DNA of 64,000 bases from Octopus sinensis (lineage: Eukaryota): positions 14,260,001 through 14,324,000 of the forward strand of contig NC_043020.1 of assembly GCF_006345805.1 (NCBI RefSeq), in the 5' to 3' direction. Shown piece by piece: positions 48,396 to 61,200 of the stretch. The first letter of the stretch is position 1. Each line of letters starts with the position of its first letter. Under the pieces are notes generated by a model that saw only the letters and a program-made list of their open reading frames with translations, ran no database searches and was not told where the DNA came from. The position numbers and the translations under genes were made by a program.

Positions 48396-48796
48396 GGTGC
48401 AGGAGTGGCTGTGTGGTAAGTAGCTTGTTTACCAACCACATGGTTCCGGGTTCAGTCCCACTGCGTGGCATTATGGGCAAGTGTCTTCTGCTATAGCCCC
48501 GGGCCGACTAATGCCTTGTGAGTGGATTTGGTAGACGGAAACTGAAAGAAGCCCGTCATATATATGTATATATATATATATGCGTGTGTGTGTTTGTGCA
48601 TCTGTGTTTGTCCCCCTAGCATTGCTTGACAACCAATGCTGGTGTGTTTATGTCCACGTCACTTAGCGGTTTGGCAAAAGAGGCTGATAGAATAAGTACT
48701 GGGCTTACAAAGAATAAGTCCCGGGGTCGATTTGCTCGACTAAAGGTGGTGCTCCAGCATGGCCACAGTCAAATGACTGAAACAAGTAAAAGAGTA
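48396..48796 (+). mobile_element. SINE family A, full length
   Basis: Family A sequence. Confidence 0.85.
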
Positions 48797-48861
48797 TATG
48801 TGATAGAATTTATTTCCTTTCATAAAAGTGGTAAACATTGTATTTTCATTTATTATTATTA

Positions 48862-49196
48862 CTAGCACTAGTGCATGCATATACAGCTGCGTGCCTGCGC
48901 ACATACACGCGAGTACTGTCCAAATCTCCGACCAATCACATACAGCCAGCAGGCATTCAATTGGCGTATCAAGTTTCAGGCATTTTGATTGGATTTTGGA
49001 TAGAAAATTCACAAAAAAGTCACTTCTATTAATTTTTTAATGGCTTTACGGGGTGACTGGGGAAATGTAAAGATGTGCACGACCACCCTTGGACGGTTTT
49101 AAATGACCATAGAAAGTGCGAGCCCTCTAACTGAAAGATTGTGAACTTGTATAAAGGACACGCACACAGACATTTTGCCGTTTATATATATAGAGA
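48862..49196 (-). mobile_element. Non-autonomous Helitron, second family
   Basis: Minus A|TCTCTATATATATAAACGGCA start; GCGTG...CACGC hairpin and CTAG|T end. Confidence 0.65.
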
Positions 49197-49307
49197 TTAT
49201 TTTAATTTTTATTGTTATTCCTCCAATATGTAAGGAAAAATTTCATTCCCAGGTAATGTTGGGTGCCTCTGCCAGTATAATATATATATAATATATACAT
49301 ATACATA

Positions 49308-49488
49308 GGCGCAGGAGTGGCTGTGTGGTAAGTAGCTTGTTTACCAACCACATGGACCCAGGTTCAGTCCCACTGCGTGGCACCTTGGGCAAGTGTCTTC
49401 TACTATAGCCTCGGGCCGACCAAAGCCATGTGAGTGGATTTGGTTGACGGAAACTGAAAGAAACCCGTCGAATATATGTATATGTATG

Positions 49489-49544
<56 letters not shown>

Positions 49545-49787
49545 TATATATGTTAATATATGTGTGCATGTGTGTTTGTGTGTCTGTGTTTGTCCCCCTA
49601 GCATTGCTTGACAACCGATGCTGGTGTGTTTACGTCCCCGTTACTTAGCAGTTTGGCAAAAGAGACCGATAGAATAAGTACTGGGCTTACAAAAGAATAA
49701 GTCCCGTGGTTGATTTGCTCGACTAAAGGCGGTGCTCCAGCATGGCCACAGTCAAATGACTGAAACAAGTAAAAGAGTAAAAGAGTA
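49308..49787 (+). mobile_element. SINE family A, full length
   Basis: Family A sequence. Confidence 0.85.
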
Positions 49788-50053
49788 TACATGTTTACAT
49801 AGAGACACTTGTTCACATATATATGTAGATTCTCTAAGTATCAAACACCATTTGGTAACTAAACATTCAGTCTGCAATTTTAATCTATTTGAAATGCCAT
49901 TGCCTGCTTTGTAAATATAGTACCATGCTGTTGACAGAACAGGAGAGATAACAGAAAAGTTTCAAGATTATTATCACTCCGTTGTTTTCTATGTAACCCC
50001 ACTCTGCTACAGATAGCCTGCAGCTCCCAAGTTGTTTAGCTGTTGTTGTTTAA

Positions 50054-50274
50054 CCCTTTAGTGTTCAGAACACTCTGTTAAATGTAATACTTTTTCATTC
50101 AAATTGTTTTGAATTAATCATGCATTATCTTATTGCTTTGAGGTTTCAATGATGTGATTACTTATTTTCAGAATGGCATTGTAGGTTAGGAGTGAGAGGC
50201 TAGATATCGCCAGTTTGAATATAAAACATGTAGAATATATTGGGCCGGATTTGGCCGGTTTAAACACTAAAGGG
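50054..50274. mobile_element. piggyBac-type MITE
   Basis: TTAA|CCCTTTAG...CTAAAGGG|TTAA, 221 bp. Confidence 0.8.
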
Positions 50275-50566
50275 TTAATCCTAGTTCAGTCTTGATCACA
50301 CCATTCCGGTCATGACCACCCTGTCTTTTTTTCTTTTTCAGCTGTTAATTTTATGGGTAGGTTCAGAGAATAGAAGGACCACCTGCAGCTTTTGTATGTG
50401 GTTTGTTGTTGTCTTAGAATTTTTGCATAATTATTTAAACTGTTAGAAACATTCAATATTGGAGCTAGTAGTGTGGGGGGCCTAAAGGTTTTTTTGTTTT
50501 CGTATCTAAAAAACAATAGGAGGATTCTAGTGCTACCAAAAAATGTAGCTAAACCCAAAAGACACA

Positions 50567-50969
50567 TACTCTTTTACTCGTTTCAGTCATTTTTTTTTTT
50601 GACTGTGGCCATGCTGGAGCACTGCCTTTAGTCGAGCAAATCGACCCCGGGACTTATTCTTTGTAAGCCCAGTACTTATTCTATTGGTCTGTTTTGCCGA
50701 ACCGCTAAGTGACGGGGACGTAAACACACCAGCATCGGTTGTCAAGCAATGCTAGGGGGACAAACACAGACACACAAACACATACACATGCATATATATA
50801 TATATATATAAGGCTTCTTTCAGTTTCCGTCTACCAAATCCACTCACAAGGCATTGGTCGGCCCGGGGCTATAGCAGAAGACACTTGCCCAAGATGCCAC
50901 GCAGTGGGACTGAACCCGGAACCATATGGTTGGTAAGCAAGCTACTTACCACACAGCCACTCCTGCGCC
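50567..50969 (-). mobile_element. SINE family A, full length
   Basis: Reverse-complement copy. Confidence 0.85.
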
Positions 50970-51107
50970 TATGTTTCATTTTTGTGTGTAATGCATCAAC
51001 TGCAAATATTTGTTGGTAGAATATTTTTTAAGACGTCTCCCTTTTGTTGCAAATAATCCATAAACAGATTGAAGTCAGTAAAAGTCACTTTAATCACTGA
51101 TTGAAAA

Positions 51108-51478
51108 TCTCTCTATATATAAACGGCAGTTTGTCTGTGTGTGTTTCTGTGTGTCTGTTTGCTTGTACCCTCACCCTGACCACGGCTTTCAACCGATTCT
51201 GATGAAACTTGACACACACATAGCCCAATGTCATAATTCAAAACTAACACAGCGAAAATTTTGAAAAGTTCCCCCAGTTCTGAAAAAAATCGATAAATTC
51301 GACATGGGGTCGAGAATCAGAAACACAAACCACAGACTGTCTAGGGGACGCAACTCGACCTTTTTAACTAAAAAAAAATTTACCATCATTTTTTTTCCAT
51401 TTTTTGGCTGTAACTCTCTAAAAATGCTTTATAGTTATTTCCCTTACAAACCCGAGCAACGCCGGGCGATACTGCTAG
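51108..51478 (+). mobile_element. Non-autonomous Helitron with chimeric ends
   Basis: 5' end like 48862-49196; 3' ~110 bp and CCCGAGCAACGCCGGG...CTAG|T like 6919-7307. Confidence 0.8.
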
Positions 51479-51552
51479 TCAGTAATAAAATTAAATGTTT
51501 CTGGTTTCAAACTGAATATTTTTTTGTTGTTTTCAAACTTATTTATGTATTT

Positions 51553-51760
51553 GAAGTGGTTGAACCTTTTAGACAGCAATTGAGAATCACAGAGGACATA
51601 ATTAGCACTGATAATATAATTGAAGTACTTGACTCGTTTAAATGGCAATTAAGAATTGCAGGGGGCATAATTAGCAATGATAACATAATTGAAGTAGTTG
51701 ACCCTTTTAAATGGCAATTGAGAATCACAGAGGAGGTAATTAACACTGGTAATCTACATG
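51553..51760. repeat. 69-bp tandem repeat, 3 copies
   Basis: GAAGT starts at 51553, 51622 and 51691. Confidence 0.85.
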
Positions 51761-52755
51761 AAAGGAATTTCTCCCTATGGGATATTTATGTAATAGTGAA
51801 GTCACTTGACCTCGTGGTTAGGGTATTCTGCTTACAATCATAAGGTTATGGTTTCAATTCCTGAACAAGGTGGTGCATTGTCTTGTTCAGTAAAACACTT
51901 CATTTCACGTTGCTCCAGTCCACTCAGCTGTAAGCAACCCTGTGACTGACTGGCATCCTGTTCAGAGGAAATTTTGTGATCTCGGTCACCTACACACCAT
52001 GAAAATCAGGTAATTGGCTGTATGAGTCCTACGACTCGGGACCATAATGCACAGTAGCTTGATGATGATGATCAAGATATTTATATAATGTCATTTGGTA
52101 TTCAGAAGATCCTAAAAACCAAGGTACCACGTAAAGAGCATTGGTGTGGGTGAGTGCTACATAAAAAGCACTGGTGTTGGTACCATGTGAAAAGCACTGG
52201 TGATGGTGCTACATGAAAAGCACCCAGTACCCTCTGTAAAGTGGTTGGCATTAGGAAGGGCGTCCAACTGTAGAAACCAAGCCAAAACAGACTATGGCAC
52301 CTGGTGAGGCCCCTGGCATTGCCAGTTCCTGTCAAATCATCTAACTCATGCCAGTAAGGAAATCGGACATTAAATGTTGATGATGATGGTGATGGTGGTG
52401 GTGGTGGTGGCGGCAGTGGTGGTGAGATGATTGTTAAGTTTCTGGCAGCATTGGGATTAATTACTAATTCAATGGTGTGCTGTGTAATGTGCCATTGTTT
52501 TTTGATGAATTGCCAAACTTGTTCAGATGGGAAAGCCTGGGTCTGTTGTATATGCAGACATTATCGACGTTATCAAAGATGAGACAAATTTCTTTCTTCT
52601 CTGAATCATCTTCCTCTCTGCCTCACCTTCATGGATAGCATTTACTGCTGTTGCCATATAGAAAGTTAGTGTCTGTATAGAAGTAATAGTTCATTAGTAA
52701 ATTTCATTAGTAAAATTCATTAGTAACATTCATTAGTTCATTTCTCTTTATTGTG

Positions 52756-53416
52756 AAGGCTGCACCAGGCTCCAGTCTTATCTGGCAATGTTTCTACAGC
52801 TGGATGCCCTTCCTAACGCCAACCACTCCGTGAGTGTAGTGGGTGCTTTTTACGTGCCACCTGCACAGATGCCAGGCGAGGCTGGCAACAGCCACGGTCG
52901 GATGGTGCTTTTTACATGCCACCGGCACAGGGGCCAGGCGAGGCTGGCAACAGCCACGGTCGGATTGGTGTATTTTATGTGCCACCGGCACGGAAGCCAG
53001 TGGAGGCAGCGCTGGCATCAGCCACGAGTCGGATAATGCTTTTTACGTACCACCAGACCAGGGATCCTAGCTGGTTCAATTCGATTTCGCTTTCGCTTGC
53101 CCCAACATGTCTTCGCAAGCAAAGGGGGTTGGTATGGGTGCCTGTTGAGTTCATTCTTTTATTTGGTGGATTCTTAAAACAAATGGTTATCTAAGAATAT
53201 TTGTAGCTTCATCATCATTTAGCGTCCGCTTTCCATGCTAGCATGGGTTGGACAGTTCAACTGGGGTCTGGGAAGCCAGTAGGCTGCACCAGGCCCAGTC
53301 TGATCTGGCAATGTTTCTACAGCTGGATGCCCTTCCTAATGCCAACCACTCTGTGAGTGTAGTGGGTGCTTTTTACGTGCCACCGGCACAGGTGCCAGAG
53401 GAGGCTGGCAAACGGG
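52756..53416 (-). mobile_element. Two adjacent family B RTE 3' UTR fragments
   Basis: 52756-53144 and 53209-53416. Confidence 0.75.
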
Positions 53417-53506
53417 CACTTATCAATTAAAAATGTTTATTTGTCACAGACCAGTGAAAAATATTTGTAATATATTATTTGCATGCTTAAAAATATTTGT
53501 ATGTAA

Positions 53507-53836
53507 TGCATGGCTCAGTGGTTAGAGTGTCGAGCTTATGATCGTGAGGTTGTGAGCTCGAATCCCGGACCGGGCTGTGTGTTGTGTTCTTGAGCAAGAC
53601 GCTTTATTTCACGTTGCTCCAGTTCACTCAGCTGTAGAAATGAGTTGCGACGTCACAGGTGCCAAGCTGTATCGGCCCTTTGCCTTTCCCTTGGATAACA
53701 CTGGTGACTGGAGAGGAGAAGCCGGTATGCATGGGCGACTGCTGGTCTTCCATAAAACAACCTTGCCCAGACTTGTGCCTCAGAGGGTAACTCTCTAGAT
53801 GCAAGCCTATGGTCAGTGTCTGACCGAAGAGGGTCA
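53507..53836 (+). mobile_element. tRNA-derived SINE with a distinct body and tail
   Basis: Head TGGCTCAGTGGTTAGAG...GCTCGAATCCCGG; its 3' part also occurs inverted at ~39300-39470. Confidence 0.75.
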
Positions 53837-54154
53837 CAAACAATGCTTAGTAGCATTTTGTCCATCTCCACATTCTGGGTTCAAACTCCACCAAGGTCAA
53901 CCTTGCCTTTCACCCTTTTGGGGTTGATAAAATAAGTACCGGTAGAGCACTGGGGTCGATGTATTCAACTTAACCTCTCCCTAAACTTGCTGGCCTTGTG
54001 CCAAAATTTGAAGCCAATATATCAACCAATAATGTTTGTATTATTTGTTAGCAAACTGGACAAAATGCTTAGTGGCATTTCATCCATCTTCACTTTCTGA
54101 GTTCAAATTCCACTGGGTTTGACCTTAAAATAAAATAAAGTTACCTTCTCAATA

Positions 54155-54325
54155 GGTGCAGGAGTGGCTGTGTGGTAAGTAGCTTGCTTACCAACCACAT
54201 GGTTCCGGGCTCAGTCCCACTGCGTGGCACCTTGGGCAAGTGTCTTCTACTGTATCCTCGGGCCCACCAAAGCCTTGTGAGTGGATTTGGTAGACGAAAA
54301 CTGAAAAAAGCCCGTCGTATATATG

Positions 54326-54377
<52 letters not shown>

Positions 54378-54591
54378 CTTGTGTGTCTGTGTTTGTCCCC
54401 CTAGCATTGCTTGACAACCGATGCTGGTGTGTTTATGTCCCCGTCACTTAGCAGTTCGGCAAAAGAGACCGATAGAATAAGTACTGGGCTTACAAAGAAT
54501 AAGTCCCGGGGTCGAGTTGCTCGGCTAAAGCCGGTGCTCCAGCATGGCCGCAGTCGGATGACTGAAACAAGTAAAAGAGTAAAAGAGAGTA
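54155..54591 (+). mobile_element. SINE family A, full length
   Basis: Family A sequence. Confidence 0.85.
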
Positions 54592-54783
54592 AGTCATACT
54601 GTCTCATAAGGACTGGTTTTCCAGTTTCATGGCATAATTATTCCCTGCCTAGTCTGGACACCAATCTGTCACAGAATTACTAATTTTTGCCAGCTGAGTG
54701 GACTGGAGCAACATGAAACGAAGTGTTTTGCTGACCAACACAACACGTTGCCTGATCCAAGGATCAAAACCACAATCTTACAA

Positions 54784-55189
54784 TACTCTTTTACTTGTTT
54801 CAGTCATTTGACTGTGGCCATGCTGGAGCACCGCCTTTAATCAAGCAACTCGATCCCGGGACTTATTCTTTGTAAGCACAGTACTTATTCTATCGGTCTC
54901 TTTTGCCGAACCGCTAAGTGACGGGGACGTAAACACACCAGCATCATTTGCTGGGGGACAAACACAGACACACAAACATATAGACACAAACATATACACA
55001 CATACATATATATATACACATATATACGACAGACTTCTTTCAGTTTCCGTCTACCAAATCCACTCACAAGGCATTGGTCAGCCCGAGGCTATAGCAGAAG
55101 ACACTTGCCCAAGATGCCACGCAGTGGGACTGAACCCGGAATCATGTGGTTGGAAAGCAAGCTACTTACCATACAGCCACTCCTGCGCC
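54784..55189 (-). mobile_element. SINE family A, near full length
   Basis: Reverse-complement copy, tail-to-tail with 54155-54591. Confidence 0.85.
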
Positions 55190-55214
55190 TATGTGTATTA
55201 TTTGTTAGTACATT

Positions 55215-55610
55215 GGGCAAAATGCATAGCAGCATTTTGTCTGTTTTCATGTTCTGAGTTCAAACTCCATTGAGATTGACCTTGCCTTTCATCCTTTTGT
55301 TGTTGATAAAATAAGCGCCAATTGAGCACTGGAGTTGATGTAATCAACTTAATCTCTCCCTTGATCTTACTGATCTTGTGCCAAAGTCTGAAACCAATAT
55401 CTCAACCAATAATATTTGTATTATTCGTTAGCATGCTTAGCGGCATTTTGTTCGTTTTTAACTTTCTGAGTTCAAATTCCACTGAGGTCAGCCTTGCTTT
55501 TCATTCTTTCAGGGTCGATAAAATAAGTACCCGGTGGACACTGGGGTCAATATAAGTGACTTAAGTATGTCCCTGAAATTGCTGGCCTTGTGCTAAAATT
55601 TGAAACAAAT
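55215..55610 (+). mobile_element. SINE family C, two degraded copies
   Basis: Box B-like GAGTTCAAA and family C body twice. Confidence 0.65.
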
Positions 55611-55994
55611 AGTTGTATTATTCAAGCTATAGAAAATAGACATAAATTATAAACACGAAGCAATGAACAGAGCTTCAATATCCAATCTTTTATCTTTTAC
55701 TTGTTTCAGTCATTAGACTGCGGCCATGCTGGGGCACCACCTTGAAGAATTTTTAGTCGAAGGAATCAACCCTAGTGCTTATTTTTTTGTTAAGCCTGGT
55801 ACTTATTCTATCAATCTCTTTTGCCAAACCACTAAGTTACGGGGATGTAAACACACCAACACTAGTTGTCAAGCAGTGGTGGGGGACAACCGCAGACACA
55901 AAATACACACACACACACAGATATTGAGGCAATTATGCAGATAACAAAATTAGCCACATTAGATATATTAAATATGAAAGTTTGGGTATGAAAT

Positions 55995-56036
<42 letters not shown>

Positions 56037-56039
<3 letters not shown>

Positions 56040-56419
56040 TCGTTTAACGTCCGTTCTCCATGCTAGCATGGGTTGGACGGTTCGACCGGGGATCTGGGAA
56101 GCCAGAAGGCTGCACCAGGCTCCAGTCTTATCTGGCAGTGTTTCTACAGCTGGATGCCCTTCCTAACGCCAACCACTCCGTGAGTGTAGTGGGTGCTTTT
56201 TACGTGCCACCTGCACAGGTGCCAGGCGAGGCTGGCAACGGCCACGGTCGGATTGGTGTATTTTATGTGCCACCGGCACGGAAGCCAGACGAGGCGGTGC
56301 TGGCATCGGCCACGAGTCGGATGGTGCTTTTTACGTACCACCAGACCAGGGATCCTGGCTGGTTCAATTCGATTTCGATTTCGCTTGCCCCAACATGTCT
56401 TCGCAAGCAAGGGGGTTGG
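56037..56419 (-). mobile_element. RTE 3' UTR fragment (family B)
   Basis: Near-identical to 44470-44850. Confidence 0.8.
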
Positions 56420-57421
56420 CAGAGAAAATAAAATTCTGACAATACCTAATTCATGTTATGAAAATGGCAGGCAAACTTGGATAGTCTCAAGCATTAATGA
56501 ATGATATCTTACATATGTATGCACTATGAACCCACCCCCTATCTTTGTCTACATGCCCCATATTATGACCTTACAAGCAACATAAGAATCTCTCCAGTCT
56601 AACTTTATTCCTTCCTTACAAATCTAAAATAATAAATTTTCAGCTTTTTTTTATAAGTAAAAAAGGAAAAAAAGAAAGCTAAAGCTTTTAAAATAAAATT
56701 ATTTTGAAGTTTCAAAATGTCATGTAAAAGTCCCTATTTTCTGAAACCAATTCAGAAAACAATACTTTTAATGTTTCCATATGTAATCACCACAGCCAGC
56801 TCCTGGAGTTAATACCCAATCCACAACTAGTTTCTCACGTCAGAGACAGAAATCTGTGAGATATTTGTTATCCATGCTAGCCTTACTGAATGGGCTTTCA
56901 ATAAGCTCTTTATCTAGTGCTGCTTTGATTTTCTGGATTCTTTTTAAAGTTTCCACCGTATTTCTCTATCAATTATTAAGTTTTCATTCTCAAATGAAAT
57001 ATAATTTCCTTTTTCACACCATATATATTCAGCCACTCCCTGACTTAATATCCTATCCAGAGGCTAGCTTCTCCTTTACAATATCTTCTGCATGCAAATG
57101 CCGAAGATGTCATATGTACATACAGAGCCTACTGAAAAGCTAAATTGATGAAAGTATTACTCTTGGCACATGCACATGTGTGTGTGTGTATATATAAAGG
57201 TTAGTTTGAAATATATATATATATATATTTATATAAAACTTCAATTTATATAAAACTTCAATTATCCGCACTAAGGCACGGTTGCGATACCCCATGGTCG
57301 TAACCTCAACCGTGATTTTTCTGTTGTGATTTTTGCTACCCAGGTATCGGTTATAATTTGAATAATCCGTAACAAGATAATTCATTTATCTATTTCATTA
57401 AATATATATATATAGCAAAAA

Positions 57422-57459
57422 CTGTCTGATGAACGGCAACGAGAAACTCAGAGTAACAG
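57422..57459 (+). ncRNA. Minimal type I hammerhead motif, stem II base mutated
   Basis: CTGT-CTGATGA-ACG-GCAA-CGA-GAAAC-TCAGA-GTA-ACAG; stem I is perfect and loop II is a GNRA tetraloop. Confidence 0.6.
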
Positions 57460-57523
57460 ATTTTGTTGAATTTTCTGCTGCTTAAAATAAAGTATATATA
57501 TATATATATATGTATGTATAAAT

Positions 57524-57787
57524 AAGTGACGGGGACGTAAACACACCAGCATCGGTTGTCAAGCAATGCTCGGGGGACAAACACAGACACACAAACACAC
57601 ACACACACATATATACACATACATATATACGACGGGCTTCTTTCAGTTTCCGTCTACCAAATCCACTCACAAGGCATTGGTCGGCCCGGGGCTATAGCAG
57701 AAGACACTTGCCCAAGATGCCACGCAGTGGGACTGAACCCGGAACCATGTGGTTGGTAAGCAAGCTACTTACCACACAGTCACTCCT
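57524..57787 (-). mobile_element. SINE family A, tail truncated
   Basis: Reverse-complement copy abutting the hammerhead-bearing element. Confidence 0.8.
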
Positions 57788-58744
57788 ATATAAAGCTATT
57801 GGTAAAATGCAATACCAAGAACTCAGAAGCATCTTTTGTCTTGATCAAAAAACTGTCAAGTGCTTTCCTTGACAACTTGATAAATTTAGACACCAGGAAG
57901 ACAGACTCAATCTTTGAATCCTTAGACTATTTATTCTATGCATAAATAAACATTTTTTTTAGCTCTGTGTATATTTTGCAGGAGTATATATTCTCGGTAT
58001 GCTAAGTGAGCCCCTTTTATTCACTAAAAGTAGTAAATATTCTTTATAAGAATTCTTCTCTTTATGCTTTCGTGTTATGGAAGTGTCATGACTGTAATCT
58101 TTATTTAAATCTGTTAATATACACACTCAACACTTAGCTGAGGTCATGTTGAAGTTGTTTGAAATATAGAAACAGTCTAAAGTTTGTATGTTTACATGTA
58201 TAGCAGGGTAAAGAGTTTAGTTTATCACAGTCGCACACCCTGCAACAACAACCACTGTATAACACACACACACACACACACACATATGGAGAGAAGAAGT
58301 ATATTTCCACGCAGGAAAAAATATAGGAGAATCTTTTTTTTAAAAAGGGTGAAAATGCCCCTGAATCTCAAAACAAGTAGTTGTTTTTGGATTTTGTGAT
58401 AGACTTATTCAAATACCAAACTGGTTGTGAGGTTTCTTTCTTTATAAATGCTAAGAATAGAAGATAAATAAGAAAACTGGTTTAGGAGTGTTTAAAGTTA
58501 CAAAGGAAAATTCAGAAAAACATGTTTAAACAATCAAATGCTCATAAAAACTCCAATGAGTTTTACAGAGACTGACAGCAATATGAGTTTAAATGTTTGC
58601 TGAAGTTCATAATAGACATACATGATGGGAAGTTCAGCATTATTGAGCTATATTAACAATTAGATACAATGAGATTTTTTTTAAAAAGAGAAAGAAAAAA
58701 ATATAGAGAGAAAGAAAAAGAGTTTTTTTTACATTTTCTATCAT

Positions 58745-60386
58745 AGTGCATGAAGAAAAGTCATTTGTTGCTGGTGAGAGTTTGAAATGGCCAAAAGAGA
58801 ATATGATTGAAACTCATTTACTTAATAATTGAAAACAATTTAATAAACATTCTAGTCTCCATCCCATCAATAATTAGTATTTGATGTGTCCTCCTTTTGC
58901 TTCTAAAACCACTTTTATGCATTTTTGCATACTTGTGACTAAGCTGGTGCAAGTGGCTTGCTCAATTTTCTGCCACTCTTCATTAATTTTGGCTTCTAAT
59001 TTGTTTTCTGAAGAACATTTGTGCATCCTCACTCTTGTACCTAAGTGTCACCTCAAATGTTCAATGGGAATGAGATCTGGAGACTGAGGGGCCTATTTCA
59101 TCACCCTCAACACTTTCTCCTCAAACCAAACCATTGGGACTCTGGATGTGTGGCATGGAGCGCTGTCTTGTTGAAAGATTACGCCATCTGGGAGGGATGT
59201 TATCATTGAAAATTTTAGCGGAGGGAAGTGGATAAACTTGCTCTAACATGCTGGTGTAAGTGCTAGAATTCCTAACCCTATTCCTGGACCTGAAGACAAC
59301 ATGCAGTCCCAAACCATTATGCTACCCCCTCCAAATTTGATTGTTGGGACTACATGTATAGGATGATAAACTTTCCCAAGTCTATGGTGAACATAAACAG
59401 CTCCAGGGACTCCAATGATCTGAGGAGAAAAACAAAATTACTGATTATTTTTGGTAACAAAAAAAAATTTGTACAATTATAAGAATTTCAATTATGCCTT
59501 GTAAAGTGATGGAAATGAATGTGGAGAACCTACATCAAAGTCACTTCATCAGACTAAACAACTTTGGCCCAATCATCATCAGTCCAATTTTCATGCTCTT
59601 TTGCCCAAGACATTCGCTTTGTGTTCACCTCAGACAACAACGGTTTCTTTCTTGCCTTACATCTTTTGAGCCCAGCTTCCGATAACCTTCTTCTCGCTAT
59701 ACAAGTTGATACGTCCTTGTTTGTTGCCACCCGAAACTCACCAGCTATGTCAAAAGAAGTCTTTTTCCTATTCACCAGAGATGTCCTCTTCAGCAACCTG
59801 TCTTCCCTTGTGGTTTACACTTTTTGCAACCTCGTCCTTTACAGTTTTCGAAAGAATTGGTCTCATCTTACCTTTTGATGGACACCTTTTCTTCCCTCAC
59901 AAGTGAACAATATTCCTGGGCCTGAAGACAACATGCAGCCCCAAACCATTATGCAACCTCTTCCAAATTTGATTGTTGGGACTACACATACAGGATGATA
60001 AACTTTCCCAAGTCTACGGTGAACATAAACAGCTCCATTTTCAGTTTGGGAGAATCCTTCACTGAATAATGCAAGGATTTGAGCCCTTTGAGCTTCAGAA
60101 ATCTATTTCTTCAGAGACATTTTCAACAAATATTAATCGCTAATAAGTTATCGATAAAATATTCACAGAAAAATTAGGAAAAAACATTAGTGTCACACAA
60201 GGAGTGGCAGAAAATTGACCCAGCCACTTGCGCCAACTTACTCTCAAGCATGCAAAAATACATAAAAGTGGTTATAAAAGCAAAAGGAAGACACATAAAA
60301 TATTAATTATTGATAGGATGAACTCTAGAATGTTTACTATACTGTTTTCAATTATTAAGTTAATGAGTTTCAATCACACACTCTTT
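58745..60386 (-). mobile_element. Tc1-like transposon, decayed and rearranged, with apparent intron and ~188-bp inverted arms
   Basis: ATG at 60120 (MSLKK.ISEAQRAQIL), KARKKPLL, SDE, KFGGGSIMVW, FQQDSAPCH, PQSPDLIPIEHL, AKGGHIKY-stop at 58874; arms 58794-58981 and 60200-60386. Confidence 0.85.
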
Positions 60387-61008
60387 GTATGTGGCAGATG
60401 TGCTGGAACAATAAGCACAAAAAGCACACAGGAGTTAGATTCTCTCAATGCCCTGGAGGCTCTCTTGAGGTTGTAGGTAGTTTCTGTTACCTAGGTGATC
60501 AAATTAGCAATGGTGGAGGATACTTTGAAAGTATTGTTTCTAGCATAAGAATTGGGTGGAGAGTGGTAAGTAGCTTGCTTACCAACCACATGGTTCCGGG
60601 TTCAGTCCCACTGTGTGGAATCTTGGGCAAGTGTCTTCTGCTATAGCCCCGGGCCGACCAATGCCTTGTGAGTGGATTTGGTAGACGGAAACTGAAAGAA
60701 GCCTGTCGTATATATTCGTACACAAGCATCATATAGTCTACCATTCATTCTGAGAGAGAGGCCTTTTGTTGCCAACAGAGGTAATAGCTCTCTCTCTCTT
60801 AATCTTTTACTTGTTTCAGTCATTTGACTGCGGCCATGCTGGAGTACCGCCTTTAGTCGAGCAAATCGACCCCGGGACTTATTCTTTGTAAGCACAGTAC
60901 TTATTCTGTCGGTCTCTTTTGCCGAACCGCTAAGTGACGGGGACACAAACACGCCAGCATCGGTTGTCAAGCAATGCTAGGGGGACAAGGACAGACACAC
61001 AAACATAT

Positions 61009-61055
<47 letters not shown>

Positions 61056-61200
61056 TTCTGGTTTATATATATGTATATCCCAGGAAAACATGGGATGAAG
61101 TGGTAAGGACTGATCTCTGGAAGTTGGACCACACAGAGGAAATGACCATGGACTGAGATGTTTGGCGATATGAAGTTGTTGAGAAGAGCTGCCCACCGCA
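60387..61200 (+). mobile_element. RTE LINE fragment containing a family A SINE and an internal inversion
   Basis: RTE(+) 60387-60560, SINE head(+) 60560-60715, RTE(-) 60716-60790, SINE tail(-) 60795-61050, RTE(+) 61078-61200. Confidence 0.8.

Noticed and set aside
56760-57160. Protein-like minus-strand segments (TLKRIQKIKAALDKELIE)
   Set aside because: Multiple stops, no motif I can name and no splice support.
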